The position numbers and the translations under genes were made by a program. Below are positions 43,774-53,592 of a stretch of DNA of 64,000 nt, piece after piece. This stretch comes from a virus. Its lineage: Duplodnaviria; Heunggongvirae; Uroviricota; Caudoviricetes. Location of the stretch: the IMG/VR virus record IMGVR_UViG_2740892230_000016; one strand, given 5' to 3'. Under the pieces are notes generated by a model. That model had not been told where the DNA came from. It made no database searches and saw only the letters and a list, made by a program, of their open reading frames with translations. Numbering within the stretch: the first letter of the stretch is position 1; the number at the start of each line of letters is the position of its first letter.

Positions 43774-44028
43774 GCTTTGCGTCCTACTTGATATTTTGAT
43801 TTACCCCTTTTGAGAGGGTGACCGGGCGCTCAAAACCGCAAGTAGTCGGCGGGCATATTCCCATTGCTGGTATTGTATTAGCCGCACGCCCGGTCATAAA
43901 CCAAGAAGACTGGACACAAAAAAACCGCATGTCTGTCGGGCGCGGTAACCGCTACTTGCTAAGGTGTTTTGAGCACCATGAGGCAGAATATATCCCCGTT
44001 AATGCAGCATTGTCAAACGATCTGTTCT

Positions 44029-44802
44029 TTAAAGACTTAACGAGAAGCCTTTTCGGGAATTTCGATCTGACAATCTTGAAATATCCTGTAGCGTGCGGCG
44101 CATTTCTTCCGTCAGATGCTTGAAGGCGTTAAATTCGGCGACAGCGGCGTCAACGTTATAGCCTTTGCTGTGTAGCTCATTGAGGATGCGCATAGTTGGG
44201 CTTGGCATATCGAAGAGCACGGAAGCATCAAGGCTGATAACCTTGCGATCAACATAGTTCATCGTGGCGTAGGGATGGTTATCTGAGAACCACGAGAGAG
44301 GGTAGTTGATAGATAGCGTTGATTCTGGAAGCTGAAGTTGTTCTGGGATTTTTTGACTGAAATAGCAGTCTTCCAGTTTTTCGAACACTTNNNNNNNNNN
44401 GTGATGCTCTGAAAACCACGACAAAGGGAAATTGATATTCATCGCAGGAGAAGACAGGGCCAGTTGTTTCTGTTCCCATAGTTGTTTTTCCATGCGATCG
44501 AATTCAGCAATGTAGGCTTCCTTGAATGCAGCTGCTTTTTTGCCGGTGAAGCCCATCACCAGAAAAACGAAGCCGTTTTTGGTGATTTGGTACATTGGGC
44601 GTTGTTCGCCTTTGGCGTCGGTGTAGGTAACGTCCTCAAAATTGAGGGCGTTAAATTTCTCTGAGCATTCAATATTTGCAATGGCGCGCAATACGTTATC
44701 GTGTCGCTTGCAAAAATATTCGGCAACGGCAAAGGACGTAGTAACAGCGCGACCATTGGAAATGGTGATTTCAGGTTGAGAAAGGACTGGGATAGTAGCC
44801 AT
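44029..44802 (-). CDS. Rha-family phage regulatory protein (contains N10 gap)
   Basis: MATIPVLSQPEITISNGRAVTTSFAVAEYFCKRHDNVLRAI Rha-like N-terminus; strong AAGGAGG RBS 8 nt upstream of ATG at 44802; N run at 44391-44400. Confidence 0.65.
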   Translation of the reverse strand: MATIPVLSQPEITISNGRAVTTSFAVAEYFCKRHDNVLRAIANIECSEKFNALNFEDVTYTDAKGEQRPMYQITKNGFVFLVMGFTGKKAAAFKEAYIAEFDRMEKQLWEQKQLALSSPAMNINFPLSWFSEHHXXXXVFEKLEDCYFSQKIPEQLQLPESTLSINYPLSWFSDNHPYATMNYVDRKVISLDASVLFDMPSPTMRILNELHSKGYNVDAAVAEFNAFKHLTEEMRRTLQDISRLSDRNSRKGFSLSL

Positions 44803-44967
44803 AATGGCAGCCTCCTTGATTGGTGATTGATAACCACCGCTGGAGGTAGCAAGCTCGCTGGCGGTGGACTGTACAGGGTTGCTACAACTGGCAATCAAGG
44901 GAACCAGCCCGACCGAAGTCGGCCCCATACAGCCCACCATTGATAAGATGTGCGTGTATGTCGATAC

Positions 44968-45044
44968 AAAAAAAGACGCTGGCGCGTCTGTATCGCCTCG
45001 ATTGTCAGCGGGGTAGCAATCCCGACACCCGTTTTATGAGGTGT
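44968..45044 (-). ncRNA. candidate small RNA (about 77 nt) with own promoter and terminator
   Basis: Minus-strand TTGACT-17 bp-TATATT promoter at 45051-45079, no ORF, ending at terminator AGACGC-gcca-GCGTCT plus U run at 44968-44989. Confidence 0.4.
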
Positions 45045-45050
45045 TCGCCA

Positions 45051-45079
45051 AATATAGCCCCGACATCACACGCAGTCAA
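45051..45079 (-). promoter_or_regulatory. sigma70-like promoter of candidate sRNA
   Basis: -35 TTGACT and -10 TATATT with 17-bp spacer. Confidence 0.5.
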
Positions 45080-45290
45080 TACCGTTCTTTCTCAGAAACG
45101 CTTTGGCGGTGCCGCCTGCACCCCAAAACATTCCCTGTATTGGTCAGCGCCAACTTCCTGCCAGTGTTGCCCGTTCTCACGCCGTTCTCGCTCTCGCGCG
45201 GGGATACTCTCTCATCGACCGGATCGCACCCGATGATACAGCACGTTTACGTGTAGGGGTCTAAACAGGTCATTGACGCTGTAAAGCTCC

Positions 45291-45354
45291 AGATTGTTAA
45301 AGAGCATTTTGCGGCGGGTTAAGTCGCGCCGTACGACTGATTTATGTAGCCCTG
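45291..45354 (-). promoter_or_regulatory. nut-like antitermination element (boxB-like hairpin followed by rrn-type boxA)
   Basis: Minus-strand GCCCT-uacac-AGGGC (stem identical to lambda boxB) and 30 nt downstream TGCTCTTTAACAA (rrn boxA consensus). Confidence 0.4.
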
Positions 45355-45385
45355 TGTAAGGGCGCGATGTTTCTGGCTTGAAATA

Positions 45386-45430
45386 AATATAACTTGCGGT
45401 GATTTTCATGTAAATACCGTTGGTGCTTTT
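45386..45430 (-). promoter_or_regulatory. PL-like promoter with OL-like operators
   Basis: Minus-strand -35 TTTACA, 17-bp spacer, -10 TATATT; overlapping AATCACCGCAAGTTATA closely resembling lambda OR3 TATCACCGCAAGGGATA. Confidence 0.55.
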
Positions 45431-45556
45431 TAAGGGCGAGAAATTATTACTTAACTGATTTTTAAAGTGATTTATTTTTTAAGGGGGCAGATAACAGGAG
45501 GGGATATGCAAAGAAAAACCCGGCGCATGGGCCGGGCTATTTATCTGGTCCTGTTC

Positions 45557-46510
45557 TCATTCAGTAGAGTAGGGGCCAAGAAATCGCACTCCGTTGAAGT
45601 GAATAAGATGAGAAGGTGCATCAGCCACCCATACCTCTGTTTCCCATGCGATTTCACCAAGATATCGCCCCATGATGGAGCGATTTGGAAAAGCGGTCAC
45701 ATAGACAAGTCCGGCTGTTGATCCGGCAAACAGCCTGGCAAGCTCAGCATGCCGCTTCCCATCAACCGGTCCATGACTGGTGACAGACTCAACCAGTAGC
45801 AGCCAGTTTTTCGCAGTAAAATGTAGCACCACATCTGGCATTTTACCGTGTGAATCCACATCAACACCTAGCCCGGCCAGCAGTGGAGCGTCGAAGTAGC
45901 CCCACTTTTCGCCAGTGTCGCCAGCATAGACCAGCACGCTACCCGGAGCAAAACGTGGGGCGAAGTCCTCTATTATGGCACGGATAAGTTCGCTGTGCTC
46001 GCCGGGACTGAGGGTTATTTGCTGGCCCGCAGCAATTTCAACAGGGATACGATTCTGTTCGCGCTCCTTAGCATAGCGGGTAACCAGCGTTTCACGCTCG
46101 GCTAAATAGGTTGCAAGGCTATCGTGCCATGCCGGGCTGCCGAAAGTGCGTAGCATGGACAGAGCAGCAGGTTCGATCTGATAAACAGCCTTCGGGCTGT
46201 TCACTGGGCGATCGGGCTTGTCCGGATTGTAGAGGGCTACTCCAGCAGCGCAGAACTGATGCATAGACTGGCGGCGGAATGTCTCACGAGTATTGGGTGC
46301 GTAGACCTTGCCGTAGTGCTCCCGAACCCAATTCATGATTGGTGTAATGCCCACAAGCGGATTTTCCGCGTCGGCCCATGCTTTTCCCGGTGTGAGGTTC
46401 AGGAGTGCCAGCAAACACAAAGCAGAACGCTCATTCTGCTGCGCTCTGGGCAGGCCTAAGGATGCTATAATTTGCTGAGCGGCCTCAATATAATCATTTT
46501 GGTTGTTCAT
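45557..46510 (-). CDS. putative type II restriction endonuclease (317 aa), possibly BsuBI/PstI-like
   Basis: Start overlaps stop of adjacent N6-adenine methyltransferase (ATGA); size as for PstI/BsuBI endonucleases; family assignment from memory, not verified. Confidence 0.5.
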   Translation of the reverse strand: MNNQNDYIEAAQQIIASLGLPRAQQNERSALCLLALLNLTPGKAWADAENPLVGITPIMNWVREHYGKVYAPNTRETFRRQSMHQFCAAGVALYNPDKPDRPVNSPKAVYQIEPAALSMLRTFGSPAWHDSLATYLAERETLVTRYAKEREQNRIPVEIAAGQQITLSPGEHSELIRAIIEDFAPRFAPGSVLVYAGDTGEKWGYFDAPLLAGLGVDVDSHGKMPDVVLHFTAKNWLLLVESVTSHGPVDGKRHAELARLFAGSTAGLVYVTAFPNRSIMGRYLGEIAWETEVWVADAPSHLIHFNGVRFLGPYSTE

Positions 46511-47976
46511 GCAGTCAGAGCTCCTAGCTTAGCGTCAATATGTTCTTGCGTGAGAGTTTCTTGTTGCATAGCCCACTTGCCAAGCTCTATCAGAGTGTCA
46601 CGGCTTGGGTACTTAATCATCTTGAGGTCGGTTGCATTGACCTGTGTATGCCCGTTGAAGCGACGGAAATACTTATCCACTGCGGTAGTGTTCAGGAACA
46701 CGGCCAAGCCACGGGCCAGCGCCTCGGGTAACCCATGTTTGTTCTCATGAAACACGTTCATGTGATTTTCAAATCCCAACACTGAATACTCACTGAAGGT
46801 AGCAGGATCAACGACGCTTGCTACCACTCGGCGCTTTTCCTCCTTCGACGAGAAACGACGCACCACACAATAAAAACCGTTCGGGTAAAGCCACTTTTCT
46901 GTCTCGTCGTTGCGCATGATTGCGTTGGGTTTCTTCAAACCTTCCACAGGCCAGACAGTGCTACTCATACTCAAATGGCTCGGGTAGATCAGGGGAACAG
47001 TTCCTTCTTCTGGCATGCTGCGCAAATGAGCTTTCAGTCGGAAATCAACTATCGGTCCGGTCGATACCTTCACGCCAATATCAGCCAGCGAACATTGTAC
47101 GGCAGATGATAACTCAATGGTGCTTTTCTCGAGCGTGGTCGGCACATGAATAAACCGCTCCGAATCGTCCGGGTACACAATCTGGTCAAATGGGTGTTCG
47201 TAGGTGACTAGGTCAAAAAAGCTATCATCGGTCGAAGTTGTGACTGTAACAGCCTCCTGACGGCCTCCACGCTCCAGGCGGATGATAATATTTTCCTGCA
47301 ACACATCGTCATCCCTGAAAGCTTTGCTACGTGATTCGAACAAATGAATATGGCGGATTGCTGCCCGCTCAAGTATGAAATTACGGAACGGACGGTAATA
47401 CGGTCCGTTGCAGAAACTACGTGGGATTATGGCCACTATCTGCCCGCCAGGTGCAACCTCACCTACAGCCAGTGCAACAAAGGCGGAATACAGATTTACC
47501 GTCTCGATACCGACAGTGCGAAGAGCCTGCCGGTGGGCTGACTGGCTATTGATCTTCTTGTAAGGCGGATTAAGTATTGCATGGGTATAACCTCGATCCT
47601 GTAGACCTTCGGCGGTTGCCAGCTCAATATAATCCCCTTCGATGATGCGGGGCGTCACTCTCCTGTACCCGGTTAAGTGCTTCGCAAGGTGACCACACAG
47701 CTTTTTGTCGATTTCGTAGGCTGTTGCCTCGACAGACTCAAAGCCAAACTCGCCAACCAGCCAACGGTCGAGGAAGGCGCAAGACAGTGCGCCTAAACCA
47801 GCGCCTGCGTCCAGTAGACGGCAAGTTTTCATTGTGCTCGGTGGAAACAAGGAGGCCATAAAACGGGCCACGCCAGAAGGCGTCATGAACTGGCCGAACT
47901 CTGCTTTGTGTTTACGCGCGGTACGGGGAGACAGCTCGCGACGCACGCTGTCTGCGACGTCTAGCTTTTGAAGCAT
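46507..47976 (-). CDS. N6-adenine DNA methyltransferase (gamma-class), 489 aa
   Basis: SAM-binding motif LLDAGAGLGAL followed by catalytic NPPY; located directly downstream of cI in the rexAB position. Confidence 0.8.
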   Translation of the reverse strand: MLQKLDVADSVRRELSPRTARKHKAEFGQFMTPSGVARFMASLFPPSTMKTCRLLDAGAGLGALSCAFLDRWLVGEFGFESVEATAYEIDKKLCGHLAKHLTGYRRVTPRIIEGDYIELATAEGLQDRGYTHAILNPPYKKINSQSAHRQALRTVGIETVNLYSAFVALAVGEVAPGGQIVAIIPRSFCNGPYYRPFRNFILERAAIRHIHLFESRSKAFRDDDVLQENIIIRLERGGRQEAVTVTTSTDDSFFDLVTYEHPFDQIVYPDDSERFIHVPTTLEKSTIELSSAVQCSLADIGVKVSTGPIVDFRLKAHLRSMPEEGTVPLIYPSHLSMSSTVWPVEGLKKPNAIMRNDETEKWLYPNGFYCVVRRFSSKEEKRRVVASVVDPATFSEYSVLGFENHMNVFHENKHGLPEALARGLAVFLNTTAVDKYFRRFNGHTQVNATDLKMIKYPSRDTLIELGKWAMQQETLTQEHIDAKLGALTA

Positions 47977-48070
47977 AACTAATCCTCTTTACGTGGCATG
48001 ATGATGCCAACGTGCTTTTGACATCCTCCACATTCTTCAGGCGTGAAGGATGTCAAATCACTCTGTGAGC

Positions 48071-48784
48071 TCAATCAAAAGTCTCATCATTCCACTGCGA
48101 TTTGATGACCTTTCCGACAAACTGGCAGTTTTCGTTACACTCAATCATGTCGAATCGTGGGTTGAGCGGCTCCAGGTACGCTTTACCGCTCTCACGAATG
48201 AATCGTTTGAAGGTAAATTCATCGCCGTTCATTCGGGCCACGCAAAAATCGCCATCCTCGATTTCCCGTTCAGGGTCAACGAGTATCAGCATACCTTCAG
48301 GGAAGCTGGGTTTACCACCCTGCGGTGCGGTCATTGAATGCCCCTTGACCTCCAGCCAGAACGACCTGTCACTGGCTTTTGTGGTGGTGGAGATCCATTT
48401 AATCGCATCTTTTGCGGTGTACGAAATATCATCCATTGAGAATGCGCCAGCTTGTACGCAGGAGAGTAACGGATATTCGTAAGCGGGGACACGAGTTAAT
48501 GGCTCTTCAATTGCGAGCGCCATTTCTGCAATAGATTTTGCCAGGCTGGGACTGAAATCTCCGACCTTTACATTCAGTATCTTAGCAAGCTGTGCTGCGT
48601 GGCTGGCATTTATGGCGTTGATGCCAGCCATTAGCTGATTAACAGCGCTTTGGGTAACACCTAATTCATAGGCTAATGATTCCTGCGACAGGCCTAACTC
48701 TTTCTTTTTAGCGTTAAAAATACTTTTCAGACGCTTGGCGTCTTCCAGTTGCTCAGGGGTTAACGGTTTCTTTTTCATGTTCAT
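48071..48784 (-). CDS. cI: lambda-like CI repressor (237 aa)
   Basis: Collinear similarity to lambda CI over full length ([17 protein letters not shown]..., [40 protein letters not shown]); 237 aa as lambda CI. Confidence 0.9.
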   Translation of the reverse strand: MNMKKKPLTPEQLEDAKRLKSIFNAKKKELGLSQESLAYELGVTQSAVNQLMAGINAINASHAAQLAKILNVKVGDFSPSLAKSIAEMALAIEEPLTRVPAYEYPLLSCVQAGAFSMDDISYTAKDAIKWISTTTKASDRSFWLEVKGHSMTAPQGGKPSFPEGMLILVDPEREIEDGDFCVARMNGDEFTFKRFIRESGKAYLEPLNPRFDMIECNENCQFVGKVIKSQWNDETFD

Positions 48785-48879
48785 ACCATATCACCTTTGG
48801 TTATATGTAATGAAATATCTGCGGTGTTGACATTTTAATAACTGTGCGTAATGATATGGGCATTTTGAAGGAGTCAGTT
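48785..48879. promoter_or_regulatory. OR operator/PRM/PR region
   Basis: TATCACCTTTGGTTATA (OR3-like), ATATCTGCGGTGTTGACA containing a TTGACA -35 for rightward transcription toward cro. Confidence 0.6.
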
Positions 48880-49083
48880 ATGGCGATGAAAAAAGAGACC
48901 CTGGCTGATTACGTATACAGGTTCGGCCAAAAGAAAGCCGCTAAGGACTTTGGCGTGGCGCAGAGTGCAATCAGTAAAGCGCTTCTCGTCGGACGAGAAA
49001 TATACGTCAAAACCTTTGATGACGGCACAGTTGAGGCGGAAGAGGTTCGTCCGTTCCCTGCGTTCGTAAGAGGCGATGATTAA
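48880..49083 (+). CDS. cro: Cro-like repressor (67 aa)
   Basis: [17 protein letters not shown] similar to lambda Cro KDLGVYQSAINKAI; GAAGGAG RBS 7 nt upstream of ATG at 48880. Confidence 0.8.
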   Translation: MAMKKETLADYVYRFGQKKAAKDFGVAQSAISKALLVGREIYVKTFDDGTVEAEEVRPFPAFVRGDD

Positions 49084-49113
49084 TCCTGGACACACAGCCC
49101 ATCGGAGGTGTGA

Positions 49114-49407
49114 GTGAACAGGCAAATCAAAACGGTTATGCCCGAGCAGTACTGTGATGCTGATCGGGACTGGATACAGGAGCAATTGTTACAGCTAGAC
49201 CCGACCACCCGGGTAAAAATTGCAGCAGAGTACGCGAGAGTGTACCAGGAAGAGTGGGACAAGGAGCCTGTATCGTTCAGGAAGGGCAACAGGGCAAGAC
49301 GGAGCGCCAACACCCGGTTACGGGTGTATGTCCAGAAGTACGCGAGAGCCAGCCGTGGCTGGATGCTTTCGCCAGTAGCGGTACGGAAGTTTCCCCCGAC
49401 ACCATGA
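49114..49407 (+). CDS. hypothetical protein in cII position (97 aa)
   Basis: GTG start preceded by GGAGG; same length as lambda CII but no recognisable sequence similarity. Confidence 0.35.
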   Translation: MNRQIKTVMPEQYCDADRDWIQEQLLQLDPTTRVKIAAEYARVYQEEWDKEPVSFRKGNRARRSANTRLRVYVQKYARASRGWMLSPVAVRKFPPTP

Positions 49408-49614
49408 TGGCGGTTAGTTGCGCTAGAGATAATTTCAAGTGCAACTAATTTCCTGAAAGGAAGCGAGGAGGGGGTAAGGGGGTGGAGTCGTTGGTAAGGC
49501 CTGTATCCCTTGGCCTAGGCCAGAAGGCAGGTACATAGGTTAGGTAGATCACTGTATAAGCGCGCGATAGTTTCTGGTGAAATGATTATCGAGCTAACTA
49601 TTGAGTGATAAACT

Positions 49615-49992
49615 ATGTCGGCAGCAACCAAATCGGCACTGATCCGTACACTGAGCACTGTACCACTGAGAACAGAGGAGCGTTACAGCTTTCTGGCTGA
49701 TGTTGTAACGATCCTTGAGTCACAGGGGATGCATGTGGCAAGCAATGTCACAGTAAGAATCGATGGCAGAAATTTCCGTGTTGATATTCTCGCAACAGCA
49801 AAAACTGGTGGGAGTGTGGCTATCGAGATCGATCGTAGCTCTCCGCGACCCCGCTCAGTCATGAAATTGCGTGAATTGGCACGTCGTGGCACTGAAGGCT
49901 TTGTGTTGCTTCGAATGCCAAAGAAACTGACCAGTTATAGCGATGCTGGGATCGATATCATCCCGGCGAATGGCAAGGGGGCGTCATGCTGA
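49615..49992 (+). CDS. hypothetical protein (125 aa) preceding helicase
   Basis: ORF overlapping helicase start. Confidence 0.35.
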   Translation: MSAATKSALIRTLSTVPLRTEERYSFLADVVTILESQGMHVASNVTVRIDGRNFRVDILATAKTGGSVAIEIDRSSPRPRSVMKLRELARRGTEGFVLLRMPKKLTSYSDAGIDIIPANGKGASC

Positions 49993-51506
49993 AAATCACC
50001 CCAAACTTTGCTCAGGAGCGCGGTTTAAACCAGCTGCGGCACCAGTGGAAACAGCATCGCACGTACCTGATGTATGCACCCACTGGCTCTGGCAAAACTG
50101 GTCTTGCAGCATTCGTCACTGCCGGAATGGTTGAACGTGGTATGCGGGTGATGTTTGTCTGTCCGTACACCATCCTGCTGAACCAGACAGCGGAACGTTT
50201 CACCGAATACGGTTTGCCGTGGGAAGAAATCAGTTTTGTATGGCGTGATCACCCTAACTATGACCCGTCACGACTGATTCAGATTGCCAGTGCCGACACG
50301 CTGATCCGTCGTGAGTTTCCTGACAACATCGATCTGCTGATCATCGATGAAGCACACATGAAGCGTCGTGCGTTACTTGAGGTTATCCGGGACAAAGATA
50401 TCAGGGTTCTTGGGCTTTCCGGCACCCCGTTCGCAGCCTGGATGGGGAAGTACTACGAATGCCTGATCAAGCCTACAACGATTCGTGAACTTATTCAGCG
50501 TGGTGATCTGAGCGATTATGAGTTTTTTGCCCCCTCAATGCCTGATCTGGCTGGCGTAAAAACCAGTAACACCGTATTTGGACGGGATTACAACGAGGAA
50601 CAGCTCGCATCCATCATGGGGAGTTCGGATCTGGTTGGCGATATCGTCAGCAACTGGCTTGAGAATGGCGAGGATTTACCGACGATCTGCTTCTGCGTGA
50701 ATGTGGCTCATGCGAACTTTGTTACCCGTGAGTTTTTACAGTCTGGCATTGGCGCAGAGGTGATGACGGCAGATACCCCCCATGATGAACGACAGGACAT
50801 CATTCGCCGTTTTGAAGAGGGTGCGACCAAAATAATTGTCAACGTTGGCGTACTGGTTGCGGGATTTGACAGCGATGTTCGCTGCCTGATCTACGCCCGT
50901 CCGACCAAATCAGAAATCCGCTGGTTGCAGTGCATCGGGAGAGCGTTACGTACTGCGTCTGGTAAAAAACGCGCATTGATTTTCGACCATTCCGGCACGG
51001 TTCATCGGCTGGGCTTCCCCGAGGATATCGAGTATGACGAACTTCCGGGAAAAAATGACGGAATGAAAGCGTCTGCTGGCGGGAGTGAGGTTAAGGCTGA
51101 GAAACTTCCCAGGGAATGCCCCAAATGCCACTTCATGAAGCCTGCTGGCGTGCATATGTGTCCCAAATGTGGATTTCGTCCTCTTGGTGGTGATGACGTG
51201 GCGACAGATCGCGATCGTAAGCTTTCACGCGTCAACAAAGGGAAACGCGAATACACCCGTGAGGAAAAACAGCGTTGGTGGAGCGAGATCAAGGGGTATC
51301 AGAATTACCGCAACGCGACAGGTAAGCCACTGAGTGACGGATGGTGTGCTCATACCTACAAGGAGAAGTTCGGGGTTTGGCCTAAAGGCTTCAGTAATGC
51401 GCCGCTGCAAACCTCAGTTGAAGTGTACAACTTCATCAAGTCAAAGACCATTGCCTATGCCAAAGGGCGCAAGAAAGCCATGACAGGAGGCCAGCATGCG
51501 AACTAG
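49986..51506 (+). CDS. SF2 DEAD/DEAH-box replicative helicase with C-terminal zinc ribbon
   Basis: Walker A APTGSGKT, DEAH-like LIIDEAH; C-terminal CPKCHF...CPKCGF. Confidence 0.75.
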   Translation: MLKITPNFAQERGLNQLRHQWKQHRTYLMYAPTGSGKTGLAAFVTAGMVERGMRVMFVCPYTILLNQTAERFTEYGLPWEEISFVWRDHPNYDPSRLIQIASADTLIRREFPDNIDLLIIDEAHMKRRALLEVIRDKDIRVLGLSGTPFAAWMGKYYECLIKPTTIRELIQRGDLSDYEFFAPSMPDLAGVKTSNTVFGRDYNEEQLASIMGSSDLVGDIVSNWLENGEDLPTICFCVNVAHANFVTREFLQSGIGAEVMTADTPHDERQDIIRRFEEGATKIIVNVGVLVAGFDSDVRCLIYARPTKSEIRWLQCIGRALRTASGKKRALIFDHSGTVHRLGFPEDIEYDELPGKNDGMKASAGGSEVKAEKLPRECPKCHFMKPAGVHMCPKCGFRPLGGDDVATDRDRKLSRVNKGKREYTREEKQRWWSEIKGYQNYRNATGKPLSDGWCAHTYKEKFGVWPKGFSNAPLQTSVEVYNFIKSKTIAYAKGRKKAMTGGQHAN

Positions 51507-52467
51507 AGATGCAGCCGTGGGGCACTGGAGCCGGATTTTTGAATATTACGGCATGCCTCCTGTTACTGGTGTGAAACATTACAACGGACCCTGCCCGATA
51601 TGTGGTGCCAGAGGTAAATTTCGCTGTGATGATAAGGATGGTTCCGGTTCATGGATTTGCGTCTGTGGTCACGGGGACGGGATGAATCTGTTGCAACTTG
51701 CCACGGGTAAGCCCTGGGTGACGTTGTGTGATGAAATCGATCGGCTGATCGGAAATACCTGGAAGAGGGAGAAAGTCAGCCAGCCTGTAACAGAGATAAG
51801 CAGAAAGCGGGAGCTGGTCATAGATAAGTTTGCCGGACTCCCGTGTCTGCGGGGTACAACAGGTGAGGCGTACCTGCAGGGGAGGGGAATACTCCAGTTA
51901 CCGACCGAATCCGTGCGTTTTTGTGACCGTCAGATCGCCAGCGGGCGCGAATATCAGGCAATTTACGCCATTGCAACAGATGACAAAGGTTCTCTTTGCT
52001 ATCTGCATCGTACGTTGCTGGATGGTGATCGCAAGGCGAATGTAGAGGCGGCTAAAAAAATGACCGCGCTACAGGAGTTGCCTGGTTTGCAGCATGCCAA
52101 ATCGGTGGCAATACGCCTGTATCCGGTGTCGTCCACTCTGGGGATAGCCGAGGGTATCGAAACTGCGCTTTCATGCCGTCAAATCTTCCGCTGCAATGTG
52201 TGGTCAACAATGAACTCCGGTTTTATGGAGAAGTTCATTGCGCCACCTGGCGTTAATCACCTGATTATCTTTGCTGACAATGATGCGCACGGCGCAGGTC
52301 TGGCGGCTGCCTTTAAATGTGGGCATAAGAATCTCATGAGTTGCAATGACGTTGAGAAAGTCAGCATTCGCTGGCCTGACTTGCCGGATTTTAACGACAT
52401 GCTCATTCAGGGGTGTGAAGCCCGTGAACATGTGTTGACGCGCAAATTCAAAGCGGAGGCTGCCTGA
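51496..52467 (+). CDS. primase-like protein with N-terminal zinc-binding domain
   Basis: CPICGARGKFRCDD...CVCGHGDG zinc motif typical of phage primases; follows helicase with overlapping start. Confidence 0.55.
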   Translation: MRTRDAAVGHWSRIFEYYGMPPVTGVKHYNGPCPICGARGKFRCDDKDGSGSWICVCGHGDGMNLLQLATGKPWVTLCDEIDRLIGNTWKREKVSQPVTEISRKRELVIDKFAGLPCLRGTTGEAYLQGRGILQLPTESVRFCDRQIASGREYQAIYAIATDDKGSLCYLHRTLLDGDRKANVEAAKKMTALQELPGLQHAKSVAIRLYPVSSTLGIAEGIETALSCRQIFRCNVWSTMNSGFMEKFIAPPGVNHLIIFADNDAHGAGLAAAFKCGHKNLMSCNDVEKVSIRWPDLPDFNDMLIQGCEAREHVLTRKFKAEAA

Positions 52468-52916
52468 TGGAAATAGAGATGATCAAGGCGGCTAATGGCG
52501 TATTTGTACCGGCGTATGAGCGCGATTTACCCCGACTGGCAAAATTTAAAAACGGTGAGCTGTATACACTGGAAGCAAAACTTACCCGTAACCCATCTTT
52601 TCACCGGAAGATGTTCGCTTTTCTTAATTTCTGCTTTCAGTACTGGTGCGCTGAACATGCTGGATACGAATTCTCTGATGAAGCGACGCAGTTTGATGAG
52701 TTTCGTAAAAATCTGACAATTCTTGCCGGGTTCTATGATGTGGTCACAACCATAAGAGGCGAGGTGAGATATCGGGCAAAAAGCCTGAGTTACGCGAATA
52801 TGGATCAGGATGAGTTTGAACGTTGCTACAACGCAATGATTAATGCCGCGTTAAAACATGTGTTCGGGCGCTCAAACAATCCTGAACTGAATAACCGCCT
52901 GCTGTCGTTTTTCTGA
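52467..52916 (+). CDS. DUF1367-like phage protein (149 aa)
   Basis: ORF in nin-region context; family from memory. Confidence 0.35.
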   Translation: MEIEMIKAANGVFVPAYERDLPRLAKFKNGELYTLEAKLTRNPSFHRKMFAFLNFCFQYWCAEHAGYEFSDEATQFDEFRKNLTILAGFYDVVTTIRGEVRYRAKSLSYANMDQDEFERCYNAMINAALKHVFGRSNNPELNNRLLSFF

Positions 52917-52917
52917 G

Positions 52918-53592
52918 GTGATGATGAAGCAACGTAAACCAAAAAAATGCAAAGTGTGCGGCTCCTCGTTTGTGCCGTTCCGCTCATATCAGAAAGTTTG
53001 CTGTGGTCAGTGCGCACTGGAACTGGTCAGAAAAGAAAAGGCGATAGCTTCAGCAAAAGAGCAGGCAGACAAGCTGAAAGCGCGCAGGAGGGACTTACAG
53101 CCCCGCAGTTACTGGATTAAGCAGGCACAACAGGCTGTGAATGCTTATATCAGGGAGCGGGACCGTCATTTGCCGTGTGTTTCATGCGGGACGTTCGATT
53201 CAGCCCAGTGGGATGCAGGCCATTACCGTACAACAGCTGCGGCACCTCAGCTCAGATTTGATGAACGCAATATCCATAAGCAATGCGTGGTGTGTAACCA
53301 GTACAAAAGCGGAAATCTCGTTCCGTATCGTGTCGAACTGATTAACCGCATCGGGCAGGAAGCAGTAGACGAAATCGAATCAAACCATAGTCGCCACCGC
53401 TGGACTGTCGAAGAGTGCAAGGCGATCAAGGCAGAGTATCAACAGAAACTTAAAGACCTGCGAAACAGCAGAAGTGNNNNNNNNNNGAACCATAACCGCC
53501 ATCGCTGGACTGTCGAAGAATGCAGGGCGATCAAGGCGAAGTATCAGCAGAAACTTAAAGACCTGCGAAACAGCAGAAGTGAGGCCGCATGA
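52918..53592 (+). CDS. ninG: NinG-like recombination protein (contains N10 gap and duplicated C-terminal segment)
   Basis: [13 protein letters not shown] and [16 protein letters not shown] cysteine clusters typical of Nin[13 protein letters not shown] segment duplicated across N run 53477-53486. Confidence 0.7.
   Translation: MMMKQRKPKKCKVCGSSFVPFRSYQKVCCGQCALELVRKEKAIASAKEQADKLKARRRDLQPRSYWIKQAQQAVNAYIRERDRHLPCVSCGTFDSAQWDAGHYRTTAAAPQLRFDERNIHKQCVVCNQYKSGNLVPYRVELINRIGQEAVDEIESNHSRHRWTVEECKAIKAEYQQKLKDLRNSRSXXXXNHNRHRWTVEECRAIKAKYQQKLKDLRNSRSEAA

Noticed and set aside
44940-45256. Plus-strand ORFs of 98 and 71 aa (and 45467..45721) in the immunity left leader
   Set aside because: Antisense to the PL transcript, overlap promoter/terminator elements, begin at non-ATG codons; judged spurious
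45212-45409. 65-aa ORF considered as a candidate N antiterminator
   Set aside because: Start codon sits inside the PL -35 element, it overlaps the nut-like RNA elements, and it has no N-terminal arginine-rich motif
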